Source of the DNA: Octopus vulgaris
Lineage: Eukaryota
DNA: 64,000 nucleotides
Assembly: GCA_951406725.2 (NCBI GenBank)
Contig: OX597839.1
Coordinates: forward strand, 22,134,001-22,198,000
Direction of reading: 5' to 3'
The notes beneath the pieces are model-generated. The model ran no database searches, was not told where the DNA came from, and was given only the letters and a program-made list of their open reading frames with translations. Below, in pieces: positions 13,188 through 26,092 of the stretch. How positions within the stretch are numbered: position 1 is the first letter of the stretch; each line of letters starts with the position of its first letter. The position numbers and the translations under genes were made by a program.

Positions 13188-14671
13188 TTTTCTACATCAG
13201 TCAGTGTCTTCTCTCTTTCTCCTCTTACCGTCACTCTCTTTATACCTATTACTCACTCACACAGCAGTTCTCTCTACCCCTCTCTCTCTCCCCGCCTTCC
13301 TTCCCTCCCTTCCTGCCTCTTTCCTCACCTCTCACTCATGACTCAGTCTTAGTAACTCCTTATTTGAAGTGCTGACTAACTTTTGACTGAGTCCATACGA
13401 GTATGTATGTGTGTGAATGTATGTATGAATGATTGTGTGTATGTATGTGTGTATGTATGTGTATGTCTGTGTGTATGTATGTGTATGTCTGTGTGTATGT
13501 ATGCATGTATGTATGCTTGTATGTATGTATGTATGTATGTATGTATGTATGTATGTATGTATGTATGTATGTATGTATCTTTGTGTGTGTGTGTATGTAT
13601 GAATGTGTGTATGTATGTGTGTAGGTATGTAATGTAATGTAATGTATGCAGGTATGTTCTCTTGTATTTTTAATTCTTTTAAAATCTTCCTCTGAAGAAG
13701 GAGCTGGTTTCTAACAAAGATACAAAGCTCCGCCATTGCAATGTGTGGATAACAAACCAAAATGTCACACTTTAAACTTGACGAATGTCTTGCACATTTC
13801 TACAGTTCCTCTTACAGACTGTGTTTCTAATGTGTTAATTAGCTTGCCGGTTCCTTTTTTCTGAAAACCCTACCTTATCCACATTGTCACTTAAGCATTC
13901 GCTCACAAAACCAAAAGAACCAATTACCATTGGTATAAATGTGACTTATAATCTTGTTCCTTTCGAACGAGTCACATAGCGGGGTGGCTGAGTTCCTTTT
14001 GAGCGTTGGGCCTCATGGAGGCAATGGCCAAGACTTTTGGGAGTATGTCATGCTTGAGAAGAAGACCCATTGAGCCAAGCAAAATCGCAGTCGTGGCAGA
14101 CACTGGTGTGACACAAGTGGCACCCATGCCGGTGGAATGTAAACGCACCTATTACACTGTCAGAGTGGTTGGTGTTAGGAAGAGTATCCAGCTGTAGGTG
14201 ACCATGCCAAATCAGACTGGATCCTGGTGCAGCCTTCCAGCATGCCAGCCCAGTTAAACCGTCCAACCCATGCCAGCATGGACAATGGATGATGATGATA
14301 GAGGAGCTGACAGCTTTGAAGAAGTTGTCTTTATTTTTACTCTTTCATTTTCGAAGCGATATTCATGTCAACAAGGGAGTTGACCTCCATGACTGTGCAT
14401 GCTTTTTCTTGTCTGTCCTAAACAACAGTATCTGGCCTGTTATGCTTACAGTTGACGGATGTTTTGATGGGAATGTCCCACCAGTATTCCTTATGCTATT
14501 TGTGTACGTATTCAATAGTAGGAGGATTCTCTGTATTTATTCCAGGGCAGTTTTCAAATCCGTAACTCTGACTGGGCTCCCATCTTCGATTAAAGCAAGT
14601 ACCAGTCATTCACTGGAGTCAGTTCCATTGACTATACGAGTTCCCTACACATCTACGACATTCTAGGTGGC

Positions 14672-14890
14672 CAGTACTTTTCAAACTTTTTGCTGGAGCG
14701 GAACCCCAAGGAAACATTCCACTCGCTCGAGGAACCCCTGTGCAATAATTTAATAGTCTTATGCACACATAATCGCACAGGAGAATTAAAAATTATTGCC
14801 GATTTTAGCAGTTTTGTAACTTCTTGCGGAACCCCTGGACTGTACTGGCGGAACTCTAAGGTTCCACGGAACCCTGGTTGAAAACCACTG
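14672..14890. mobile_element. hAT (Charlie-like) MITE
   Basis: TIRs cagtacttttcaa / ttgaaaaccactg, repeated ggaaccc subterminal motifs, ttctagg near both flanks. Confidence 0.55.
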
Positions 14891-15092
14891 TTCTAGGCCA
14901 AAGTTCAGAATTAAATAACGTCTATTGTCTTAACAACAATAATTGCACTTGACAATAAATTAAAGACCTCCCCCCCGCTCACTGATGGAATTAATAAAAG
15001 TTCATGTCAGGCGTGTACTACGGAGCACAATCGAATCCAAAGACCCAGTATTCAGCAACCCATTAGTGCTAATAAATGAATGAATAAAAATG

Positions 15093-15519
15093 TGGCGATC
15101 TTTCGTCTCTAGTAGACCTTTCCGTCGATTTCCGTAAAAAAAATTTTTTTTTTTACATATGGGCTTGCGGGAACTTTTGAAGTAATATACATACATATAC
15201 ACATACACCAAGTAAAAAATTTCAGTTATCTCTTCTTTCACACATTACTCTGTCTCTTCACACACACTAACAGAAGCACTTCACTTACACAACATACTGT
15301 CTGTCTCCCACACCCCATCAAACACACACACACACACACATGTACATCAATGCTTCCCATGCACGGTAACTTCAAAAGAACTTCCCTCGTCATAAAATGG
15401 CTTTCTCTTAGTCTCTTTCGCTCTCATTACTTCAAAAGTTCCCGCAAGCCCATATGTAAAAAAAAAAAAATTTTTTACGGAAATCGACGGAAAGGTCTAC
15501 TAGAGACGAAAGAGTGCCA
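15093..15519. mobile_element. MITE with ~95-bp TIRs (TGGC...GCCA) and 6-bp TSD
   Basis: TIRs at about 15093-15186 and 15426-15519; AAAATG duplicated at 15087-15092 and 15520-15525. Confidence 0.8.
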
Positions 15520-15989
15520 AAAATGTCTATTCGTTGCATAAATATTTATATCAGTTTGTTATCATTTACACATACAGACACTCGTACAATATGCACACAT
15601 ACGAACACATGCATATATACACATATATACACATAGGCACATCTGCCGACGACTGTTTCACGTCTGGTCGCTGATCGGAGTTGTCTCCCATGCTTCTTGG
15701 ATCAAGGAATTAAGTTAATCCATTAATCCTCCAAAGTTTCATCTAATCACTGTTTATATCTCTACTGTGGCTATAGGTTATATCTAATGGCGAAAACATT
15801 GGAACACACACGCACACACACACACACACAATCACTGTCTGACACCATTCCTCTCTTTGCTTATACCTCCTCCTACTTCCTCATTCACATCTACCCCTGC
15901 CGCCCTCTCTCCTCTATTTCATCTACTCCCGCTTCATCATCAACATCTATGTCTGTTTCTCCCCCCCCCTCTCTCTCTCTTATTCTTAC

Positions 15990-16295
15990 CCTCTCCCACT
16001 CCAATATCTACCTCTATGTCTGTTTCTCCCCCTCTCTCTCTCTCTCTTATTCTTACCTCTCCCACTCCAATATCTACCTCTCAGCCTCCCCCCTTTCTCT
16101 CTATCTGTTACTCTCATCCACTCCTACTCCCACTCCAATATCTACCTCTCAGCCTCTCGCTTTCTCTCTATCTGTTACTCTCATCCACTCCTACTCCCAC
16201 TCCAATATCTACCTCTCAGCCTCCCCCCTTTCTCTCTATCTGTTACTCTCATCCACTCCTACTCCCACTCCAATATCTACCTCTCAGCCTCTCTA
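15990..16295. repeat. CT-rich minisatellite (~60-bp unit)
   Basis: ctcccactccaatatctacctct recurs about five times. Confidence 0.8.
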
Positions 16296-16688
16296 ACTCT
16301 CTGCCGCCTCCTCTCCCCTCGCCTCCCAAATACATAAATATGTCTGTAGAGTTACCATTACGGAACCTTTAGTGTAATTGGAAGGGTTTCTGGCCTTTTA
16401 TTTGTCATTTCCTCCTCAACGTTGCCACACGTACAGGATGTGCTAATGGACACACATAAACACAAACATATAAAACACACACACACACACACATAAATAC
16501 AGACGTATAAGCTCTCTCCCCCCTACACACACCTCCTTGAAATCCTCACGCCCTACCAAATTGCAGGCCATATCGCTGATTAATGTTGCCCTACAAACAT
16601 GTCTAAACAAATTGAGGAAATGGTCACGACTGGAATGTCTCGATAACAGTTACAACAAAAATCCACCACAAATACACACACAATAGAA

Positions 16689-16725
<37 letters not shown>

Positions 16726-17349
16726 TGTGTGTATTTTAAACACATGCGCGCGCACACACACGCGCGCATTTACGAGGGCAATTCTGTGTGATCGTCTTGC
16801 TAGAAGTAGCAGTCAAATCTATTTATAATCACACCACCCGACTTTCTTAAATGGTACCACAAAATACTGAAAAAAAAAAAAAAAGGAAAAAAAATGGAAA
16901 TTGGAATGGTCTCACAGACGAAATGTCTTTCGATCATCATACGTCTGCTCAAAAAGGGCTGATATGGGGCGCATCGCAATGCCTGCAGAGTTTGGTTATG
17001 AACTTTCGTACAGAGCCTTGTTAGCAATAACTATGGTGGTGGTGGTGTCAGTAGGAATACTGGTTAAAGCGGTGGTGATGGTGGTAGTGGTGGTGGTGGT
17101 GGTGGTGGTGACGATGGTGGTGGTAATGGTGTCAGTAGAGATATTAGTTAAGGGAGGAGGCGGGGGTTGGACAGTGAAAAATTGTTCTTTGTTTTTGCTT
17201 TTCTTTTTCTCTCGCTTCTCACTTAACGCATGCGCCTTAGTGAATCAATTATCGTCTGCTCAATGAAAACTTTGAAAACATGGAGACCGACAGACGACGT
17301 AAACAAACAAGAGAAAAAAAAATGAGAAAGTTTAAAGAATGGTTGTTTA

Positions 17350-17504
17350 CATTAGCGTAGCTAGAGTGTGTGCCGCCTGGAGCGGCCTTTCCGTTTGCCG
17401 CCCCGCAAAAAGCAACAACACATATTGCCTACGACAGACCCAAAAGTAGTACCCCTTTAAAAGTGCCGCCGGGTGCGGACCGCTCCCACCTAGCTACGCT
17501 TGTG
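17350..17504. mobile_element. hAT-like MITE
   Basis: TIRs cattagcgtagctag / ctagctacgcttgtg; 8-bp flanks gttgttta/ggtgttta (7 of 8 match). Related partial copy at about 62150-62212. Confidence 0.6.
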
Positions 17505-17558
17505 GGTGTTTATATAGTTTCTTCAAATAACTTTATCAATATTTGTAAAAACTTTCAA

Positions 17559-17607
17559 AGCCTTGTGAGTGGATTTGGTAGACGGAAACTGAAAGAAGCC
17601 CGTCGTA

Positions 17608-17651
<44 letters not shown>

Positions 17652-17875
17652 CGTGTGTGTTTGTGTATCTGTGTTTGTCCTCCTAGTATTGCTTGACAAC
17701 CGATGCTGGTGTGTTTATGTCCCCGTCACTTAGCGGTTCGGCAAAAGAGACCGATAGAATAAGTACAGGGCTTACAAAGAATAAGTCCCGGGTCGAGTTG
17801 CTCGATTAAAGGTGGTGCTCCAGCATGGCCGCAGTCAAATGACTGAAACAAGTAAAAGAGTAAAGAGTAAGAGTA
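17559..17875 (+). mobile_element. SINE family A, 5'-truncated
   Basis: Same consensus without the tRNA head. Confidence 0.8.
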
Positions 17876-18544
17876 TACAGCCGGGGACTTGCCTTAACCG
17901 AATGTAACCCTTCCATGTCAGACGTCCCAATCGAGCGATGGCACAAACGTTTCACCCTAGGTTTTAGTTACGTTGGCCTTTCGCCAGGTGAAATATCTCT
18001 CCAGCACACCCGACGACTACAGATGATAGCAGTAGTTCACTAACTGAACTGGTTGATCCTGCCTATTGACGGTTGGTTCATCCGTTCAGTATCTAGTGAT
18101 ATTCGCCATTGATTTGTAGTAGAAGCATGTTCATAGTTTGGCCATTTACCCTTCGCTACCCACATTTTGGCTAATCACGTGATGGCCGAGTCCTAGCTTT
18201 ACGCGGGCTGTCCACTCCATCACGTGACAGACTAACCAAGCGCGCCACCATCAGCTATATAAGGGAAGCTTTTCCCGCTATTTCCTCTGTGGGGTGGGCC
18301 AACACGACGGAGTTCGGATCTTCGGCATAGAACAAGTTTTATTCCGCCATGCATTCTCAGTGAGGAGAGAGTTGTCAGAAATGGTTAAAGGTGGATGAAC
18401 CAATTCTGGCCTGTGGGGTTCTTGGCCCGAGCTGAAGGATCCCCAGTATTAGGCGGGGACTGCTACGTTTATGCGTTCTCTTGCTTTGTATACTACGCAT
18501 GTATGTATGTATGTATGTATGTATGTATGTATGTATGTATGTAT

Positions 18545-19500
18545 GCATGTGCCGCTGGAGTCGGCGAGACATATGCAGAAAGACAAAGACAAAGGTGTAC
18601 AAGGCTTGTGTACTCCCTTCTCTTCTCTATGCCTGCGAAACGTGGGTCACGTATCGATACCACCTTAAACAACTGGAACGTTTCCATCAGATGTGCCTCA
18701 GACGGATCTATGGCATTAAGTGGAAGGACCGCATCAGTGATCTTGAAATACTTGAAGGCTCTCGGTGTGAAAGTATAGAAGCTATTGTGTTAAAGCAAAG
18801 GCTCAGATGGAGTGGTCATCTGGTCAGAATGAAGGATTCAAGGATGCCAAAACAACTCTTTTATGGAGAGTTAGCTAAAGGAGAACGACCTCCACATAAA
18901 CCAAAAATGAGGTATAAGGACTTGCTGAAGGCTTCCTTAAGAGATGCTTGCATCTCTCCTGACACATGGGAAGGCATAGCTATTGATCGTAGCAGGTGGA
19001 GAAGGATTGTGCATGAGGGGACAGCCACGTTTGAGAAATCTCGAGTTGCACATGAGAAAGTAAGGAGGGATGTCAGGAAGGGCATCGCTGTTACACTTCC
19101 AGAAGGGAAGGGTCTTCCTTTGATTCTGACATGCAATGTCTGTGCAAGACCCTGCCTCAGTAAAGCTGGACTCATGAGTCATCTTCGTAGTCATAAAACG
19201 AGACAGATGAGTGACAACCTGGCCACTGGTGGTGGAGTAACACACCATACTAATCATATCTGTCGGGCATGTGGAAGAGAGTGTGATTCGGCAGGAGGAC
19301 TTAAACGACATGCAAAGGTACATGAAGCCCAGTTACAACTACAGCCAGCTGTTACCGGTAAAGGTTTTAGTTGCCAATTCTGTACAAGACATTGTAGATC
19401 TTTAGCTGGGCTAAAAAGTCACATTCGATCACAGCACCAGTAACAGTTAAGCTTCGCGCAATGGCCATACTCGATAACGAGGGAGAAGCCATAATGTATA
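18545..19500 (+). mobile_element. 5'-truncated RTE-clade LINE; intact ORF C-terminus with three C2H2 zinc fingers
   Basis: TKTKVYKACVLPSLLYACETW...LRWSGHLVRM...RMPKQLFYGEL...RSRWR are RTE C-terminal motifs. ORF stops at 19443; (TATG)n on both flanks. Confidence 0.9.
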
Positions 19501-19727
19501 TATGTATGTACTTTTTATCTCATTTCGCGGGCTTTTCTCTTTCTTTCTTCTCCTCTTTTATGTAAACTCCCTCACACAAATTGTAAACTTCTGGTAATGT
19601 CCTCCGCATCTAATACTTTTGTGGCTAATAAAAGAAATCACACACCCATCATCATCATCATTTAATTTTATTCCAAGGTTTTTGTGTGCACATGTTTAGA
19701 CTTAACGCTGTATATTATGTGTGTATA

Positions 19728-20112
19728 TCTCTCTCTATATAAACGGCAGTTTGTCTGTGTGTGTTTCTGTGTGTCTGTTTGCTTGTACCCTCACCCTGAC
19801 CACGGTTTTCAACCGATTCTGATGAAACTTGACACACACATAGCCCAATGTCATAATTCAAAACTAACGCGGCGAAAATTTTGAAAAGTTCCCCCAGTTC
19901 TGAAAAAAATCGATAAATTCGACATGGGGTCGAGAATCAGAAACACAAACCACAGACTGTCTAGGGGACGCAACTCCACCTTTTTTAACTCTCAAAAAAA
20001 AATTTACCATAATTTTTTTCCATTTTTTTGCTATTTTTTGGCTATAACTCTCTAAAAATGCTTTATAGTTATTTCCCTTACAAACTTGAGCAACGCCGGG
20101 CGATACTGCTAG
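19728..20112 (+). mobile_element. Non-autonomous Helitron
   Basis: 5' TC, 3' CTAG preceded by a GC-rich hairpin-like motif (gagcaacgccggg), inserted between A and T, no TSD. Confidence 0.75.
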
Positions 20113-20160
20113 TTGTTTATAAGTGTGTCTGTGCGTGTTTGTATGCACATCTATATCAGC

Positions 20161-20219
<59 letters not shown>

Positions 20220-20419
20220 GGACAGAGCGGCGGCACTGATCTAGTTTTGACCTCTACGAATACACCCTTTTCACTATCCCCTATTGGCCCCAACATAGTA
20301 CAACTATATTTCTTCTCAATCTTCTCTTCCAGATATACTCCAACTTATAATGATCCACCCCGCAAGTCACCACAGATGTCACGAAAGAAAGTTGGACGCG
20401 TCTGTTCAATGGTTTGATC

Positions 20420-22500
20420 TTGGAGAGGTGAGAGGTGAGGTTGGGGCTTGAGTCAACCACGGTCTTCACAGTTCTGTGAGAATGGTAAGATCGATATCAT
20501 AGTTGGTTAATGGTTCTCTTGGATAGCTGCAAGTTGAGGGTTGCAGGAGAAAAAAAGAAAAACATGGACAAAAAAGGATTTGTAGAGGACAGACGTTATA
20601 AGGGAGAAGTACTGGGCCTAGTGAGGTGGTCACTGTATGGATGAGGGGAGAAAGGAGGTGAGGTGGTACTAGGCCAACAAGGTCTGAGTAGAAGAGATCT
20701 GTTGTAGTGGCGGTAGAAATGAGAAAGGGAGAGGACACAGCAAGTCAGCAGACGAGAGGTTTACGTGTGTCGGTGAGTCGCTTTATTCCAGTCAGTCGGT
20801 TGGCTTTACTGGGATGATGTCTAGGATGTCCGTAGTGACAGCAGCACCGTTCCAAATATAGAGATAAACAACTGCTGCCAACTGAACAAGTTTCGGCCTC
20901 TGATGCTGTTCTGTGATGCAGTTCCGGATTTATTGAAGAGTTCAAATCACCTCAGTGATGGTGAAACCTAGCATTTGTGGAGACGTTGAGGGTTCTACTT
21001 GTATGTTGGTTACATTTAGGTTCGTGGGGGTACAGTATTGTGTAGTTGATACGCTTGTGATGATTGTGTCTCTGTGTTGTTGAAAAAGAGAGCATTGGTT
21101 GGGGTTAGGAAGGCGTGAAGGGGGTTGAGCTTCCGTACTTGATATGGATGTGGGCATGAAGGTGAGTTTCGTAGAGGGGCATGAAGGTTAGTCTTAGAGA
21201 TGTTACTAACGTTGTGTGTGTGTGTGTATTTGCGTATGTGTATGTGTTTGGGGGATATTCCGAAGTGTTGTAGATGTGGTTTTCCTGAAGACCACTTGGG
21301 GAACTTCGTTGTGTGTCGGGTGTAAAGAGACTTGTCGAAGAGGATCGTTTTAGTCACTCACTCTGCTGACTCAGCCAGAAATGGCAAACAACCGGTGGAG
21401 CTGCGATTAGTCAGTTGACGCCAAGTTCCTTAAAATCCGACAGGTGGAGGTGGTCCTGTAGTCTTATATACAGGTGTGGTGGTGGTCATGGAGGGATCAG
21501 TCAGGCGATATGACTGGTATAAGCACTCTGATAGTTTGGCAGTGGCTGGGTTTGGGGGTCGAAAGAGAGCTAAGGATGTTTGGGATGTCTGTGTGTCGGT
21601 CAACGATGTGTGTAAGGTACATGTAAAGGCCTGAATGCTGAAGTGACCAAGGACAGGTCGGTTACAGATGGGTGAAGGGTACATACGCAACATATAAAGT
21701 ACCTTTATAAACAGGGCTTATTTAGATGCTTCTCCGTAGATTGAAATCTATGATGTACAACTTTAATCGATTTTCGATTCTTGTCGGATTCTCATCAGGG
21801 GTGTTGTCTCCATCAACGCGACAAGTTCCAGAGAAACAAGCGGACATACTCAACATTTTCAGTAACTAAAGAAAACTGGGGTTACTAATTTGCATATTGT
21901 AAGTGCGAACAGTTTATTGATGTCAGGGGTGTTATGTAATCATCACAACAAACATGAACAATCAACGTTGCCCATTGTCTCCCTTGATACAAGGACATTC
22001 AGTAAGTTTCCCGCCACAACAAATACCTTGTACAACAACGGCAGTCGAATAAAGTATCTCGTATCGTTAACACGTTTTTTCAGTCTCTCTCATTTTCTTA
22101 ATCTTTCATACTAAGTACTCACTACTTCCTTTAATACTCAATACATTATATATATATAACAATAACAAGGGGTTTGTCAACGGGGATGTAGGGTGAAGTA
22201 TAGTCGAAGAGTTGTTGATGATTGGAGGAGATCAGACAACAGCAGATGTATTATCTGGAGAGTAGTGGTGGGCGACCTTGAGCCAGTGTAACGAGGGACG
22301 GGGTTTGTCTCTTGTTGATACCCAGGTGAAAGAAGATGGGCGGAATGGAATCTAGGTCCGTGCGGACATCTGTCTGGGAGAAGTTCGAGTGAAGAGTGTG
22401 GCCAGAATGGATAAAGGAGCGAGCAGTTTGTGACTCGGCGATGTCATGTGGTTTACCTGTTAGCAGGGTGTAATGATTTGGGGGTGGGTGGGAGGAGTGT
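20420..22500 (-). mobile_element. Cluster of decayed Penelope-like (RT linker / GIY-YIG) fragments
   Basis: Remnants PVLLPYN...PREPLTNY and GHFSIQAFTCT resemble PLE linker and pre-GIY-YIG motifs; heavily disrupted. Confidence 0.45.
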
Positions 22501-22726
22501 CACGGTCGTTATATTCTGTCTATTATCTTGTGTTTCAGTCATTAAACTACGGCCATGCTGGGGCACCGCCTTGAAGAATTGTGTAGATAAACGAAGCGAC
22601 TTCAATATTTACTTTTTAAAGTAAAAATTGGTCTCTTTTGCCGAACCGCTAGGTTACGAAGATGTAAACACACCAACACCGGTAGTCAAGCGATGGAAGG
22701 TGGTGTGGGACATACACAGATACAAA

Positions 22727-22766
<40 letters not shown>

Positions 22767-23466
22767 TATATAAATACACACATGATAGGCTTCTTTCAGT
22801 TTCCATATACCAAATTCCTTCAGAAGGCTCTGGTCGGCTCATGGGTATAGTAGAAGACACTTGCCCAAGGTGCCACGCAGTGGGACTGAACCTGGAACCA
22901 TGTGGTTGAGAAGCAATTCTTACCACATAAATATCTTCAATACTCCTGTTGCTGGAGTACCTCAGGTTTTAAATAAATGTTTATAATTAAGATTTCTATA
23001 ACATGATATAGCAGGGAGATTTGTTTTGAAGGCCCATCGTGTGTGACTTCTAAACCTGCTGGCAATCTCTGGCGACACCTGTGTGTCATAGATTCCCCAT
23101 TACAACTCTAAGGTAAGTCGCTTCTTCGGGTATTAGAGGACAGGGGACAGAAGTGTCCAGCAGGGTTTTAGTGTTATTTTTGGCCCTTATTCAGGGCAGT
23201 GTATACGGTGACGGCGTGCCATGAGGTCACGACAGTGATTTCCTCCCCCAGCCCCCATACACACTTACAGGGACTCTGGTCCGAATGCTTACAACCCAGC
23301 GAAATTTGTTTAAGATATCTGTACCACTACCGGCACCGCTACCACCAAAGGGAGTCTCTTGGTAGTCGTTCGACACTCAAGGAGGGCGCAGGACTACATT
23401 GGCTGATGGTGCACTAGACATATGGTGACCCGGGGCCAAGTAAAATCGCATCAAAGATAACTAAAA

Positions 23467-23611
<145 letters not shown>

Positions 23612-23912
23612 AGCTGGTTAACAAGTTAGTAAAGTGATATAACATTGTGGTTGGTTTAACTACGCTCTGGCAGTATTGCATAATGGTAGAAGAAGATGGT
23701 TGTGTGTGTGTGAGAGAGAGAGAGTCTGATGGAGAATTGTTCCACCCCGGGTGTAATTTCATCCACATACATATTAGAAACCACCCACTGACCAACTTCT
23801 CTAACCCCATTCCCAATGAAAATACAAAGCTAACAAACAGAATCCCTGTTAATTCTTCGTCGCTCTGAACAATTTAATTTCCACACAAACAATATGAAAG
23901 ATAACCCACGCT

Positions 23913-24205
23913 CACATTTCACAGATGAACGCATTCCACAGACGGATACATTTCATAGATGTATACATTTCCCACATGGATACGTCCACAGATGGATACA
24001 TCCTACACATGGACATATTCTACAGATGGACACATTTCACAGATGAACGCATTCCACAGACGGATACATTTCATAGATGCATACATTTCACAGATGGATA
24101 CGTCCGCAGATGGATACATCCTACACATGGACATATTCCACAGATGGACACATTTCACGGACGTTCACCTTTCACTTAGGCATATTTCACAGATGGACAC
24201 ATTTC
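23913..24205. repeat. Minisatellite: ~17-bp monomers arranged as a 117-bp higher-order repeat
   Basis: Monomer about catttcacagatggata; the block cacatttcac recurs at about 23914, 24031 and 24148. Confidence 0.8.
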
Positions 24206-24229
24206 TATAAACTTGCCATTTATTGCAGA

Positions 24230-24605
24230 CTAGCAGTATCGCCCGGTGTTGCTCAGGTTTGTAAGGGAAATAACTATAAAGCATTTTTAGAGAGTTATAG
24301 CCAAAAAATAGCAAAAAAATGGAAAAAAATTATGGTAAATTTTTTTGAGAGTTAAAAAAGGTGGAGTTGCGTCCCCTAGACAGTCTGTGGTTTGTGTTTC
24401 TGATTCTCGACCCCATGTCGAATTTATCGATTTTTTTCAGAACTGGGGGAACTTTTCAAAATTTTCGCTGCGTTAGTTTTGAATTATGACATTGTGTGTG
24501 TCAAGTTTCATCAGAATCGGTTGAAAGCCGTGGTCAGGGTGAGGGTACAACCTGACAGACACACAGACACGCACACAGACAAACTGCCGTTTATATATAG
24601 AGAGA
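24230..24605 (-). mobile_element. Non-autonomous Helitron, same family as 19728-20112
   Basis: Near-identical reverse complement with the same termini and A|T target. Confidence 0.75.
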
Positions 24606-25252
24606 TACTAAAATGTCACCCCCCCCTCAGTCGTGTCTTAAGGCATTGATACACCGGGCAGTTGTCCGGGAGCCGCACGGATCTAGGGACCCAATGTGAA
24701 CTACATCCGCCGTGGTTTGCCATCAATATGCACATATTATAGATCTCAGTACATTAATTTGACCAGGGCCTGTAATTGGGGCTGATACGACCCCGGCCTC
24801 CCCACCTGGATACTAATCTATACAGTCGCTCAGCCTGCTAGAAATAACAGCCAAATCTCATTCCAAGTCACACCAAAAAAAACGCTTATTTTCTTTCTAC
24901 TTGCTGAGTCTGGAGGAAGGGGTAAGGCCCATGGTATTTGCAGCCATGGTTAGGTTGGCTTTTGATCATTGGTCTGCCTGCTCGATCCACATTGACCTGG
25001 GGCTAAACAACAACAACAACAACAACCACATGCTATCGTACTTATACATACATGTCTACATATATGTATATGCATGCGCACATATATGAAGACACACCCA
25101 CTAATGCACACACACACACAGAGGCAGGTTTGGTGATACAGACAGGAAAATGGAACTCAAAGAATGACTTATTAAAACTGTACAACTTACAGAATGACTC
25201 AAGATCTCGAGCACCGGCACTCACCAAACTCATGATATATCTAAATACATAC

Positions 25253-25285
<33 letters not shown>

Positions 25286-25357
25286 CATACATACCTACAT
25301 ACACAAACATATATATATATAGACATAAACATACTAATTATATTTACATATACAAAT

Positions 25358-26092
25358 ACTCTTTTACTCTCTTTACTCTTTTACTTGTTTCAGACATTTG
25401 ACTGCGGCCATGCTGGAGCACCGCCTTTAGGTCGAGCAACTCGACCCCGGGACTTATTCTTTGTATCGGTCGCTTTTGCCGAACCGCTAAGTGACGGGGA
25501 CGTAAACACACCAGCATCGGTTGTCAAGCAATGTTAGGGGAACAAACACAGACACACAAACATACATATATATATATATACGACGGGCTTCTTTCAGTTT
25601 CCGTCTACCAAATCCACTCACAAGGCATTGGTCGGCCCGGGGCTATAGCAGAAGACACTTGCCCAAGGTGCCACGCAGAGGGACTGAACCCAGAACCATG
25701 TGGTTGGTTAGCAAGCTACTTACCACACAGCCACTCCTGCGCCTATATACTTTACTTTTACTTGTTTCAATCATTTGACTGCGGCCATGCTGGAGCACCG
25801 CCTTTAGTCGACCCCAGGACTTACGATTTATAAGCGTAGTTCTTATTGTATCGGTCACTTTTGCCAAACCGCTAAGTTACGGGGACGTAAACACACCAAC
25901 ATCTGTTGTCAAGCGATATATACATATATACGACGGGCTTCTTTCAGTTTCCGTCTACCAAATCTACTCACAAGGCTTTGGTCGGCTCGAGGCTATAGTA
26001 GAAGACACTTGCCCAAGGTGCCACGCAGTGGGACTGAACCTGGAACCATGTGGTTGGGAAGCAGGCTTCTTACCACACAGCTACTCCTACGC
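25358..26092 (-). mobile_element. Two adjacent SINE family A copies
   Basis: Copies at about 25358-25745 and 25750-26092. Confidence 0.8.

Noticed and set aside
15480-15519. Hammerhead-like gtct-actag-agac-GAAA hairpin in the MITE TIR
   Set aside because: No CUGANGA core or stem I; the fixed termini and TSD fit a DNA-transposon MITE better.
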